DNA of 64,000 bases, from contig CAVOKF010000005.1 of assembly GCA_963696385.1 (NCBI GenBank), positions 1,152,001 through 1,216,000 on the forward strand, in the 5' to 3' direction. The notes beneath the pieces were generated by a model. It was not told the origin of the DNA. It searched no databases and saw nothing but the letters and a program-made list of their open reading frames with translations. Origin of the DNA: an uncultured delta proteobacterium. GTDB taxonomy: Bacteria; Myxococcota_A; Polyangia; Polyangiales; Polyangiaceae. Positions 10,307 to 19,579 of the stretch are shown in pieces. The translations under genes were made by a program, and so were the position numbers. The stretch's first letter is position 1. Each line of letters starts with the position of its first letter.

Positions 10307-10354
10307 TTTACTTCCTGCTTATGCTTGATGCATGTAAATTTACGTTACAATTAC
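10307..10354 (+). promoter_or_regulatory. Two KdpE-type direct-repeat boxes upstream of kdpE
   Basis: TTTAC-TTCCTG-CTTAT (10307-10322) and TTTAC-GTTACA-ATTAC (10339-10354). Confidence 0.4.
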
Positions 10355-10402
10355 GGTGGCGCTGCGTATATACCCAAGCGACGACCTCGCTACCCGATAC
10401 TC

Positions 10403-11182
10403 ATGGCCCCTGACCCCATCCGTGCCGAGGAAACGATCCCCGCGAGCGAGCGGCAGCGGGGCGACGCCGGCGGGCCGAACTCGCGTCCGATCATGCCGCT
10501 CATTCTAGTGGTCGAAGACGACTCGCGGATGCGGAAATACCTTCGCTCCACGTTGATGGACGAGCGGTTCCGCGTCGTGGACGCGGAGACCGGGTCTCAA
10601 GGGCTCGTGCAGGCGGCCGGTCACAACCCGGATTTCGTCGTTTTGGACTTCGCGCTTCCGGATCTTGATGCCGTCCAGGTGACTACGAAACTTCGTGAAT
10701 GGACACCTGTGCCCATCCTCATTCTTTCCGCCCACGACGACGAGCACGACAAAATCGCCGCGCTTGACGCGGGCGCGAACGATTACTTGACGAAGCCATT
10801 CGGCACCGGAGAGCTTCTGGCGCGAATTCGCGTATGGCTCCGCCACACGCAGCGTGCCGACACGGATTCGCTCGAATCGGTGCTCGAGGTCGGAGATCTA
10901 CGTATTGATTTTGCCAAGCGAATTGCCTCCGTGCGGGGGAACGAAGTCCGGTTAACGCCGACGCAATACAAGCTATTCGGCGTCATGATGCGGAACGCGG
11001 GCAAAGTGCTGACCCACGAGCAGATCTTGTTCATGGTATGGGGTCCTGCTTACACGAAGGAAACGCAGTACTTGCGCGTATACATGGGCAAATTACGCCA
11101 GAAGTTCGAGGTGGACCCGGCGCGCCCGAGATATTTCATTACCGAGCCGGGCGTGGGTTACCGTCTCCGTATCGCTAGCTGA
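10403..11182 (+). CDS. kdpE: KdpE response regulator
   Basis: LVVEDD, VVLDFALPD, ILILSA, DKIAALDAGANDYLTKPF and YLRVYMGKLRQKFEVDPARPRYFITEPGVGYR. Start may be 10493. Confidence 0.9.
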   Translation: MAPDPIRAEETIPASERQRGDAGGPNSRPIMPLILVVEDDSRMRKYLRSTLMDERFRVVDAETGSQGLVQAAGHNPDFVVLDFALPDLDAVQVTTKLREWTPVPILILSAHDDEHDKIAALDAGANDYLTKPFGTGELLARIRVWLRHTQRADTDSLESVLEVGDLRIDFAKRIASVRGNEVRLTPTQYKLFGVMMRNAGKVLTHEQILFMVWGPAYTKETQYLRVYMGKLRQKFEVDPARPRYFITEPGVGYRLRIAS

Positions 11183-11303
11183 GCCCGATGAGAGTTTCTT
11201 GTATCCAAACATTCGTTTTAGAAACGATGCGATGCGCGGGTGGTCAACGTTCGATTCATGCCCGAGTCTTCGTTTAGGGATCGCAGTCCCCAATACCCCG
11301 GAT

Positions 11304-11319
11304 GTAAACGTATCGTAAA
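11304..11319 (-). promoter_or_regulatory. KdpE-type direct-repeat box
   Basis: TTTAC-GATACG-TTTAC on the minus strand. Confidence 0.5.
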
Positions 11320-11383
11320 AAGAGCACCACCTCCGATAGGCCCGTTGGCGGGGGTGGAGCTTTGCGATTACCTTGACAGTGAG

Positions 11384-12187
11384 ATGCCGGCCGACCCAAC
11401 CGTCGCCGTCGTGGAGGAGGGCCGCGTGGTACGCTTGTTCGGCGATCGCGTGGAGCGGCGGTCCGACGTGGCTCCTCCGGGCAACGACGTCCGGCTGCAG
11501 AGCGTTGACGCCGCGCGGCCCGACGCCGTGCGTGGGCGGCTCGACGCCGAACTCGAACGGACGCTGCGAGAGCCGGTGTCGACCATCGCGATGGCCGCCG
11601 ACGTGTTGCGGCATCAAGTGAGCGAGGCCCAGAGTGCCCACATAAGCGCGATCACCGACGCCGCGCGGCGCGCCGACACGATGATGTGCGATCTCCTGAA
11701 TTTCGTGCGCAGCGGAATGGGGGGACTGACGGCCACGCGCCGCCGCGTCGACCTCACGGTCCTGTGCGAGCGCGTGGTCGATTCGATCTATATCGCTCAC
11801 CCGGACCGCTCGATGATTTTCACGTCGGATCGACGTGTCGACGGCAATTGGGATCCGGACGCCATCGAGAGCTTGCTGTCGAAGCTCGTCCACAATGCCA
11901 TCACGCACGGAGCGCCCCGACCGGCGATTCGCATCAGCGTCAGGGCCTTGCCCGACGAGGCGCTCATCGAGGTGTGGAGCTCTGGTTCGATGGCCGTTCG
12001 CGATTTGCGGGGGAGGCTCTTCGAGCCGTTCTCGGCGGGCCGCTCTTCGAACTCTCGCGGGGCACGCGGGCTCGGATTGGGGCTGTACTTGGCGCGAGAG
12101 ATCGCGCGGGCCCATGGCGGAGGCATCGAGGTGCGGAGCGAGGACAACGACGGCACGACGTTCCGAGTCACGTTGCCGCGGTCGTAG
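11384..12187 (+). CDS. Cytoplasmic histidine-kinase-like protein lacking the H-box His
   Basis: HATPase motifs LVHNAITHG, LFEPF, GLGLGLY and HGGGIEV...GTTFRVTLP; the H-box position reads ERTLREPV. Start uncertain. Confidence 0.75.
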   Translation: MPADPTVAVVEEGRVVRLFGDRVERRSDVAPPGNDVRLQSVDAARPDAVRGRLDAELERTLREPVSTIAMAADVLRHQVSEAQSAHISAITDAARRADTMMCDLLNFVRSGMGGLTATRRRVDLTVLCERVVDSIYIAHPDRSMIFTSDRRVDGNWDPDAIESLLSKLVHNAITHGAPRPAIRISVRALPDEALIEVWSSGSMAVRDLRGRLFEPFSAGRSSNSRGARGLGLGLYLAREIARAHGGGIEVRSEDNDGTTFRVTLPRS

Positions 12188-12240
12188 GCGTCCGCTCCGG
12201 CTCGTGTCGCGAGTGCAGCCCGCCGGTGGCATGCAAGGCC

Positions 12241-12322
12241 AGCTGACCCGGTGTAGCGGATATTCTGTTCAGGTCTGTCGGATGCCAGGCAAGCTGACCC
12301 GTGTAGCGGATATCCTGTTCAG
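12241..12322. repeat. Two-copy ~32-bp imperfect direct repeat
   Basis: AGCTGACCCGGTGTAGCGGATATTCTGTTCAG (12241-12272) and AGCTGACCCGTGTAGCGGATATCCTGTTCAG (12292-12322). Confidence 0.85.
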
Positions 12323-12543
12323 TCCGATCTTGCGTGTCTTCTGGCGTCGATCGGCCTGGGACCCCGCGTTCAGCGGGGTTTAGTCTGCCAATGGCCCCTC
12401 CAGGCTCAGGCCGCGCGAGGCGCGGCACGCGAACACTGGCGCGCGCCGTTCCGAGGTCGTATGGTTTCCGAAATGTTTCAGATTGAGCCCAACCCAAAAA
12501 TATTCGGCCATTGTGGCGGTCGTGGATGGCCGGAGGTCGCCTC

Positions 12544-13062
12544 ATGAATCGAGTCGCTTTGGGCTTGCTTCCGATCGCGCTAGGGTTCGCCACGGCGTGC
12601 GCCATCGCTGTTCCCCCGGCGACACAAGCCGCGCAGGTCGAGCGCGTTCAATGTGACTCGGGCGCGGCGGAAGCCAACGACCTGCGCATCGTGCAGGGTG
12701 CTTCGGTGATCGCAGCTGAGCCGCTCTATTCGCACGTTCTGACCGGTACCGGTGCGGAGGAGCGGATCGATGGGGCGAAACTGATCATTCGTCCGCCCGC
12801 GGATGTTTCGGCCGATCGCATGACCCGGATCCTGCAATGCCACGGGGCGCGCGCGCTGCTGGGAAAAGTCGAGCGTTCCTCGCTCTCGGACGACCCGTTC
12901 TGGCTGCCCGACACGTGGGTAAGCGTGGAAGTAAAGGTCGAGGACGGTAACTATGCCGTTACGCTCGAGGCCGGCGACACTTCTGGGAATCTCAAGGTCG
13001 CGGCACGCGCCAGAGCCTTTGCCGCGGCACATCCGTTGCGCGAATCCGCCGCGGTCGAATAG
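12544..13062 (+). CDS. Hypothetical lipoprotein
   Basis: GGAGG RBS; signal peptide MNRVALGLLPIALGFATAC. Confidence 0.7.
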   Translation: MNRVALGLLPIALGFATACAIAVPPATQAAQVERVQCDSGAAEANDLRIVQGASVIAAEPLYSHVLTGTGAEERIDGAKLIIRPPADVSADRMTRILQCHGARALLGKVERSSLSDDPFWLPDTWVSVEVKVEDGNYAVTLEAGDTSGNLKVAARARAFAAAHPLRESAAVE

Positions 13063-13170
13063 GGACCTCGCTCTGGCTCGTTTTGCGCTCGTTGATGCGG
13101 GGCGGGGCGCACCGTGACCCCGCGGAACCGGGCCGCTCTCGGGCGTCGCGGGCCTCTTTGCACGCCGACG

Positions 13171-13503
13171 TCAGGCCACTGCGTCCTGCGCCGGCGAGCG
13201 CCGGCGATTTCGCGTGGCGGCCTCGATGTCGTACACGAAGGCGACGACGTCGTCGCCCTCTCGGTCCAGCGACTCGAGGATTTGTGTAGCGACCGGGGGA
13301 TTCACCAACGCCTCGATCTTCACGTTTCCCGACTCGAGGTCCCCGTACCGTCGCCCCTTCCGCTCACCGCGGCCGTTGACCAAGGAAACGGTGTAGCCCC
13401 GAACGCGTAGCTTGGCGAGAAGGCCTTCCAGACGCTCTTGGAGAGTCCAGCATGCGACCATCGTGATGAGTTTGAGCTTCGTGCTGCGGGCCTTGTTCGC
13501 CAT
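13171..13503 (-). CDS. P-II superfamily (GlnB/SbtB-like) protein
   Basis: KLITMV...GYTVSLVNGRG...NVKIEALV...AFVYDIE fits the P-II fold; GGGAG RBS. Confidence 0.75.
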   Translation of the reverse strand: MANKARSTKLKLITMVACWTLQERLEGLLAKLRVRGYTVSLVNGRGERKGRRYGDLESGNVKIEALVNPPVATQILESLDREGDDVVAFVYDIEAATRNRRRSPAQDAVA

Positions 13504-13641
13504 GAGCCGTGTTCTCCCGTGCTTGTGTTGCGGAGCACGTGCCGAACGGGGTATTGAGCGCGGCGTCCATCGAGCGTAGACACGAGAGGACGCTGTGGAT
13601 CTGAATTGCAAGTGTATACCCGATCGGGCCTTCGCCCTCCA

Positions 13642-13657
13642 GTAAAGGTCTAATAAA
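13642..13657 (-). promoter_or_regulatory. KdpE-type direct-repeat box upstream of the P-II-like gene
   Basis: TTTAT-TAGACC-TTTAC on the minus strand, with TATACA about 22 bp downstream. Confidence 0.5.
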
Positions 13658-13930
13658 AAATCCGCCAACCCGCGTCCGGCGTGGCGCTAAAGACGTGCCT
13701 TTCATCGACGCATATTCGTGGATTCAGGAAACGTTTCGGACCCAAAAGGACCGGTCGCGGGGTCGTCAGGTTTCCAAACGAAGTCCATCATCGGGGAAGC
13801 TCTCGGGAATTCGTGTGCTTCGCGCGAGACTGCGTGGCCTTCCAATCCGACGGTTCGTGTCGGCCGTATTTCCGATTACGAGAATCCGTTGGAAGGACGC
13901 AAGCCTCCTGAGGATTGTTCTCCGCCTCGA

Positions 13931-15289
13931 CTATGGCGGTGGCGGCCGCATCGACGCGAAGCTTGCCTCGGGCTCTCGTGACGTCTCGCGCGAGCGGTCC
14001 AGCGCGACCTTGAAGAGGACGGGTCCAATGATCTCGTTGAGCGCAACGGTCGCGATCGCCAACGCCCGGAACGGCGTTCCGATCGACGGGAACTCGCGAG
14101 CCACGACGACGGTAAGCCCCAGCGTCATTCCGGCTTGCGAGATGAGCCCGGAGGCGGCCCAGCGCCGCAAAAGCGGCGGGTCCGCCGCCATGCGGGAAGC
14201 GGTCCGGGCGGCAGCCCAAGTCGTTAGACCCCGGGAGGCGAAGAAAAGCAGCGCCGCCGGCCAGAGTGCTTGAAGCAGCGGAACGTCGAGGTCCGCACCA
14301 GCAATCGCGAAGAAGACGACATAGACGACGGTCGCAGTCTGCTCGATGTATCCGATGAATTTGTGCCCTTGCTGCGACATGTTGCGAACAATGAGGCCGG
14401 CCACCATGAAGGTGAGCAACGAGTCGAACTGCAGGTAGTCGAGCACGCTTGTCGCGCCGAATCCGAGCAGCAGCAGAACGACGAGCATCTGCCGATTCAC
14501 GAGGCGGAGGTACGCGGCGATGACCAGGCCGAGGGTGGTTCCGATCGCCACGCTTCCGAACAAGTCGTGGCCAAGCCTGACGAACGCTCCGGCTGAAAAT
14601 GTCGTGCCCGGGTCGATCAGCGGGCGAGCGATGCCGATCACGGTCGCGACCAGAATGACGACGACGACGTCCGAGACCATGACGAACGCGAGCGTGAAGG
14701 TGGCGAGCGCCCCGCTCGCGCGCGTCTGCGTAAGAATGCCGAGGGTCGCCGAAGGGCTGCGCGTCACGCTGATCGCCGCCCAGCAGAGGGCGACGCCGAG
14801 GGCTGCGCTCGGCGCGAGCGAGCGCGCGAACGGGACCATCGGCCGGGCGACGTAGAAGAGCGCCGTCATGACCGCCAGCCCCGCGAAGGTCTGGACGAGC
14901 AATGCCCAGAAGAGGCCTTTGGCACCCTTGCGCAGGGCGCCCAAATCGAGCTCGGCGCCACCCGCCAGCGCGATGAGAGACAGCGCGAGTGTGTTCACTG
15001 GCGACAGGCTCTTGAGCGTCGACGCATCGAGAAAACGGAGCACGTGGGGGCCGGACGCGATCCCCGCGATGAGATATCCCGTCAGGTGCGGGAGGCCGAT
15101 CGGCGCCAAGAGCTCGCTCGTGAGCGTCCCGGCGAGAAGCAGAAAGCCGATGGCGGCGATGGTCCACGACTCGCCATGGGTCTCCGGCACGAGGCGCGTA
15201 ACGTAGAAAACGATTGCAGCAAACGCTCCGAGCAAGACGGCGTGCGAAAAGCGGGTGCCGGTCGCACCAAGAGCCTGCGCCGTGGCCAT
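13931..15289 (-). CDS. Cation:proton antiporter (Na+/H+ exchanger family)
   Basis: About 12 TM helices; GLPHLTGYLIAGI..GP, GGAELD, SP..T, VFFAIAGA and SQAG motifs. Confidence 0.85.
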   Translation of the reverse strand: MATAQALGATGTRFSHAVLLGAFAAIVFYVTRLVPETHGESWTIAAIGFLLLAGTLTSELLAPIGLPHLTGYLIAGIASGPHVLRFLDASTLKSLSPVNTLALSLIALAGGAELDLGALRKGAKGLFWALLVQTFAGLAVMTALFYVARPMVPFARSLAPSAALGVALCWAAISVTRSPSATLGILTQTRASGALATFTLAFVMVSDVVVVILVATVIGIARPLIDPGTTFSAGAFVRLGHDLFGSVAIGTTLGLVIAAYLRLVNRQMLVVLLLLGFGATSVLDYLQFDSLLTFMVAGLIVRNMSQQGHKFIGYIEQTATVVYVVFFAIAGADLDVPLLQALWPAALLFFASRGLTTWAAARTASRMAADPPLLRRWAASGLISQAGMTLGLTVVVAREFPSIGTPFRALAIATVALNEIIGPVLFKVALDRSRETSREPEASFASMRPPPP

Positions 15290-16524
15290 CACACGAGGGC
15301 CTTGTGGGGTGCTGGCGTCTGCGCGGTGACCTCTTCGATTTCGCCCGCGGCGAGCAGCGAGCGTCGCAGCCGCGCCGGCCCTACGAGCTCGCCCACGATG
15401 GCCGACAGCACGACCACGGCCAAGACCGTATCGCCGACCGTGCCGGGGAACCGAAGCGCAAAAGCCAGCCCAACGCAGATCGCCAGCGATCCCGACGACA
15501 TCAGAGACAAGCCTACGAGCACGCCGGCCTTGCGAGCCGACGGGGAGCCCGCGCAGAGCACCCAGCCCATGAGGATCGTGCCCGCAATACGTGCCCCGAT
15601 CGCCACCGCGGCCAGCCACGGCAGAAAAGGTGTCGCTCGAAAGTCCAGCCGAGCGCCGGCCAGCAGAAGCGCGGGCAACAGGACGGGGCGTTCCGTGGGT
15701 CCGACCATGGCTCGCAGTTCGCGGCGGTGGCTGGACAGGGCGGCCACGGCGATGCCCATGAAAAATGTCGTGGTGAGAGTTGCCAGCGCAAGGCGTGCGG
15801 CAACCCCGATCGCCAGCAGGCAGACTCCGAAGAGGACCCCCCACGTGTCCTTTGTCGCAATCTCGCTTCGCAGCAAAAGCGCTGCGCCTGCTCCGAGGAG
15901 AATGGCCGAACCGACGGTCAGGGCAGGCCACTGCCACAGCGGCATTGGACAAACGACGTCGCGCGACGGATCGAGCGCGAACAGCACGGCGACCGCTACA
16001 AGGGGAAGAAGGCTATCGACGTGCGCCACCTCGTCGAAGCTCCGGGCAAGCGGGCCTGCTCGCACCCGATAGCGGTCGGCGACCCACCGAACGGCGCGAC
16101 GCGCGGTTTCCGCGCAGGCGGCACCGAGGCCACCCGACAGAAGAACGCGCTCGGTCCCCGTAAGGCCCGCCTGCAGCCAGCGTGTCGCGAGCCATGTTGC
16201 CACGGCGACTCCCCCGCCCGTGATCCATGCGCTCATGGACCCGAGAGCGAAGCTGCCGCCGCGAACGCGCCGATCGTCGGAAAAGCCGAAGTCCAGGCCG
16301 ACCGCGAAGGCCAGCCAACCGATGGCCACTTGCACGACCGGCTCGAACGCCGTCAGGTCCTTGGCGCCGACCAGGCCGAGCACCTGCGGACCCAGTACGA
16401 AGCCGAGTGCCGCATACTCGACTCCAGAGGCTAAGCCGGACCCGCCACCGGAATGCCGCGTCATCAGAAGGCTGCCGAGCGACGACAGCACGAGCAATCC
16501 GATGAGGAGCAATACGGCGTTCAC
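15289..16524 (-). CDS. Antiporter-like (Kef/CPA2-type) multi-pass membrane protein
   Basis: Multi-TM; GVEYAALGFVLGPQVLG and AIGWLAFAVGL; TGATG overlap with the next gene. Confidence 0.7.
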   Translation of the reverse strand: MNAVLLLIGLLVLSSLGSLLMTRHSGGGSGLASGVEYAALGFVLGPQVLGLVGAKDLTAFEPVVQVAIGWLAFAVGLDFGFSDDRRVRGGSFALGSMSAWITGGGVAVATWLATRWLQAGLTGTERVLLSGGLGAACAETARRAVRWVADRYRVRAGPLARSFDEVAHVDSLLPLVAVAVLFALDPSRDVVCPMPLWQWPALTVGSAILLGAGAALLLRSEIATKDTWGVLFGVCLLAIGVAARLALATLTTTFFMGIAVAALSSHRRELRAMVGPTERPVLLPALLLAGARLDFRATPFLPWLAAVAIGARIAGTILMGWVLCAGSPSARKAGVLVGLSLMSSGSLAICVGLAFALRFPGTVGDTVLAVVVLSAIVGELVGPARLRRSLLAAGEIEEVTAQTPAPHKALV

Positions 16525-16534
16525 GAGAGGCTCT

Positions 16535-18166
16535 TCATCTCGTCGCCGCGCCCGATGCGCGTCCGAGAGCAATCTGCCGATCGGCGATGGCGTGCGCAAC
16601 GGCGTCCGCAAGCGCCCCGGCCCCCTTCGAATGTTTCGGGACGCCCGAGACCCGCCACCGAGCACCATCGGCATCGAGCGACAGGAGCTCGACGCGCGCC
16701 CGTTCGCAGGTCAGAAGGACGGCGTCGAGGAACGCCTCCTCGACGTCCGCCGGCCTCTCGCGCGGGTCGACGACCACGTCGATCGTGGTCAAAGGCGCCT
16801 GGCCCAGGACTCGGGTTGGATGCCAGAGCCCCAAGAGCTGGGGAACGTGCACCTCGCAGCCAAACGCGTCTTCGATGACGAGTTCGAGAAGGGTCACGTC
16901 GCGTACGATCCCCGTTCGGCCGCCCGCCTCGACGAAGTCGCCGAGACGCAGACGTCGGCCAAAGACGGCCGGTACACCCGCCGCGGCGCACGCGAGCACG
17001 GGGGTGCATGCGATTCCGATTGCGGCAAGCGCGACGACCCCCGCCCGCGAGAGCGCGCCATCGTCCGTTCCGGTGATGAGCGGCGCGGCGAGCACGATGG
17101 ACAGGAGCACCAGCCCGGCGCGCACAAGCACGCTTGTCGCCGCCGCGAGGTCTCGCGGCAGCCACGCGAGGTGCGTTTCGCCGCGCTCGACTCCGCCGAA
17201 GAACAGGCCCACGAATCGGACCGCGACGCCGAGCGCGACCGCGGCGATGGCAGCGACGACCACCAGCGGCAGGGCAGCCCCTAGCCGACCGATGAGCGCC
17301 GACAGCGGCACGAGGACAAACCCCGCGAGCCGGTCGGTATAGGGGCGCGTCACCTCGAAGCGCGAGAGCGCGAAGATGAGCCACGAGTACGCAACCGCAA
17401 ACTGCGCGAGACGATGCGCAAGCGCGAGCGAGATGGAGACCGCGCCGCGAACCGCCACCGGCCGGACGACTTCGATGCGCCCCAATCGAAGAGCCGGGAT
17501 CCGGTCCGGGTGGGTCTTCACCCAGGCGCGAAGGCGGCCCGAGAGGTCGCCGACGCGGCGGACGACGAGGAAGGCAAGCAGACTGGAGAAGACGAGCAGT
17601 GAAAGAGAAAACACGTGCTCGGCAATGGCGCTACGACGACGCTCCGTCCGAAGTGCGTCGTCGATTTTCGACGCTACGCCGGAAGCGTAAACGTGCAGAG
17701 TCACGTCTCCGCCAGCGGAGGCGGCGTCGTCCTCTCCGAGCGCAACGATCGGGGATTTGCCGACGAACACCACGGCCGTTCCGGGCTGCTCTTCAACGCG
17801 CGCGGTCGGCTGGTCGGGGTCTTCGAGGGTCGCGTCGAGCGCCGTGCTCGCAGCCCTCGCCCGATCTTGGGCCGAGAGCCCGGCGCGACTCGCCCGGAGC
17901 CCGAAGATCGTGCGCTCGTGCACCCGCACGTCGAAGGCCCGCCCGACCGAGCTCGACGTCGGGGCAGCGCCGCCCGGCGTGGAGGTGACTGCGCTCGGCT
18001 CGAAGGCGGCGCTCCGCGCTGATGCAGGGTGGACCAGGGCCAACGTCGCCGTGACCGCGAGCACCCACGCCGACAGGGTGATGACGACTCGTGGCCATCG
18101 AACCGTTCGCGCCCAACGCACCGTGGACTCAGCCTCGGCGTGTAAGGGGACCCAGGTCAAGGCCAT
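16535..18166 (-). CDS. MscS-family mechanosensitive channel with periplasmic N-terminal domain
   Basis: LRLGDFVEAGGRTGIVRDVTL...VHVP is the MscS beta domain, preceded by TM helices. Confidence 0.75.
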   Translation of the reverse strand: MALTWVPLHAEAESTVRWARTVRWPRVVITLSAWVLAVTATLALVHPASARSAAFEPSAVTSTPGGAAPTSSSVGRAFDVRVHERTIFGLRASRAGLSAQDRARAASTALDATLEDPDQPTARVEEQPGTAVVFVGKSPIVALGEDDAASAGGDVTLHVYASGVASKIDDALRTERRRSAIAEHVFSLSLLVFSSLLAFLVVRRVGDLSGRLRAWVKTHPDRIPALRLGRIEVVRPVAVRGAVSISLALAHRLAQFAVAYSWLIFALSRFEVTRPYTDRLAGFVLVPLSALIGRLGAALPLVVVAAIAAVALGVAVRFVGLFFGGVERGETHLAWLPRDLAAATSVLVRAGLVLLSIVLAAPLITGTDDGALSRAGVVALAAIGIACTPVLACAAAGVPAVFGRRLRLGDFVEAGGRTGIVRDVTLLELVIEDAFGCEVHVPQLLGLWHPTRVLGQAPLTTIDVVVDPRERPADVEEAFLDAVLLTCERARVELLSLDADGARWRVSGVPKHSKGAGALADAVAHAIADRQIALGRASGAATR

Positions 18167-18182
18167 AAACCCCGGCTGGACC

Positions 18183-19505
18183 CTACTCGCCCGCTATCGT
18201 GAGCAACCAGCCGTGGGGCTCCCACTCTTCTTGGCCGGGATCGAACGGTCGCTCGGTACTGCCGACATTGACACCCACAATGAGCGTTCGGGCCACATCG
18301 TCGAGTGCGTCGACCGTCATGGATGCGCTTGTCGCGCGATCGAGCGACCGGACGGGAATCTCTGCGAGCGGGTGGCCCGCCCCGTCGAGCTTGACGATGA
18401 TCCAGCGCATCCGCGCGTAATCCTCCCATTGCGCCTCGACTCGAAGTCGCGCCCCGATCGGGGCGCCGGCGTGGTCCACCAACACGTAGCTCGCGCCGGT
18501 GGGTGCCACGGGCTCCGGCGACGCGAGGCGGCGCGCGTGCACGGGCCACGGCAGATGCCAGGCGACCGACGGGAATGGGGTGGTCGGGCTCGAGGCGCGC
18601 CAGACGGCGAACTCGACGAAAACGTCGTCGAGGGTCGATCCGGGCCACAGCGCGCCGTTGAGCGAAACGCGCAGAACGTCGAATCCTGTTGGGGCGGGGG
18701 CCCAGTGCCCGTCCTCCCAGGTGGCGGCACGCGTGCGGGTCGGCGAAAGCGCCCAGAGACCTTCCACGAGAGCCCCAGGCCGGGTGCCGAACCTCGCGTC
18801 GAGCCAGTCGAAAAGGATCGACGCTCCCCAATCGAACGGGACCGAGCTCGAATCGACGATGCAGCGGGTGGGATGCGATTGAAAGGCCTCGAGGTCATCG
18901 CGGTCGATGGGGGCGCATGGCGTCGCCAGTCGCGCGAGCATCTCCGTCTCGGCGGCGGCGCTGCCCGGGTCCGTCGCGGGGGCGGATCGCCAGAGCGAGC
19001 CTCGCGCGATCGCGCGTGCGATGGCGCGGTCGAGCGCGCAACCGGCGGCGGTCCGCCGCTCGACGAGGCCGAAGCTCGAGCCGCGGTCGAACGCAGAAGT
19101 CGGTTCCCGTCCGACAAATCCGGCGGAGGCTCCGAAGGCATCGCCGCCGCCGACGGCGCGATCGACCAGGTAGACCTGCCAGCGCTCCCCGTATGCCCCC
19201 TCCGGGGCTGGCAGACCGAGCGGGCCCGTCAGCACTCCCCAGGCGTCGTCTGCCGCCGCGATGAGGGCCGCGCCCGTGGCGGGTGGCGTGTTCCGCGGGG
19301 CGCGTACACAGAAAGGATAATGCACCGAGCAGGCGCGGGGCCAACCGTCGGCTCCGGCCGGCGGCACGGCCCATTCGACGGCAGGCCCGCGTCCGGCCGT
19401 GCTCCCGGCATCCTCCGACCCGACGTCGCCGGCCCGAGCGGGCGACGTCAGGATGGCCATGGCCAAGAGCAGCCGCGAGTTGGACAGGGGATGGAGCGCC
19501 TTCAC
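18183..19505 (-). CDS. Secreted hypothetical protein
   Basis: Signal peptide ending SPARA; long ORF; no HExxH motif visible. Confidence 0.65.
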   Translation of the reverse strand: MKALHPLSNSRLLLAMAILTSPARAGDVGSEDAGSTAGRGPAVEWAVPPAGADGWPRACSVHYPFCVRAPRNTPPATGAALIAAADDAWGVLTGPLGLPAPEGAYGERWQVYLVDRAVGGGDAFGASAGFVGREPTSAFDRGSSFGLVERRTAAGCALDRAIARAIARGSLWRSAPATDPGSAAAETEMLARLATPCAPIDRDDLEAFQSHPTRCIVDSSSVPFDWGASILFDWLDARFGTRPGALVEGLWALSPTRTRAATWEDGHWAPAPTGFDVLRVSLNGALWPGSTLDDVFVEFAVWRASSPTTPFPSVAWHLPWPVHARRLASPEPVAPTGASYVLVDHAGAPIGARLRVEAQWEDYARMRWIIVKLDGAGHPLAEIPVRSLDRATSASMTVDALDDVARTLIVGVNVGSTERPFDPGQEEWEPHGWLLTIAGE

Positions 19506-19534
19506 GAAGTAGTCGCTTCCTCCGACGTGTCGAT

Positions 19535-19564
19535 TTGACACCCTCTTTGTCGCACCCGTATAAG
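19535..19564 (+). promoter_or_regulatory. Sigma70-like promoter
   Basis: TTGACA-N18-TATAAG just upstream of ATG 19580. Confidence 0.45.
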
Positions 19565-19579
19565 CTCAAAGAAAGCACG

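Noticed and set aside
12241..12322. Possible mini CRISPR array
   Set aside because: Only two imperfect units, a 19-bp spacer and no cas genes.
13830..13900. Imperfect inverted repeat (CCTTCCAA...TTGGAAGG) and nearby GAAACGTTTC palindrome as a possible ncRNA or operator
   Set aside because: Short, interrupted stem with no recognisable RNA family; may only be a weak terminator.
18183..19505. Possible secreted metalloprotease
   Set aside because: No HExxH motif, so it is left as hypothetical.
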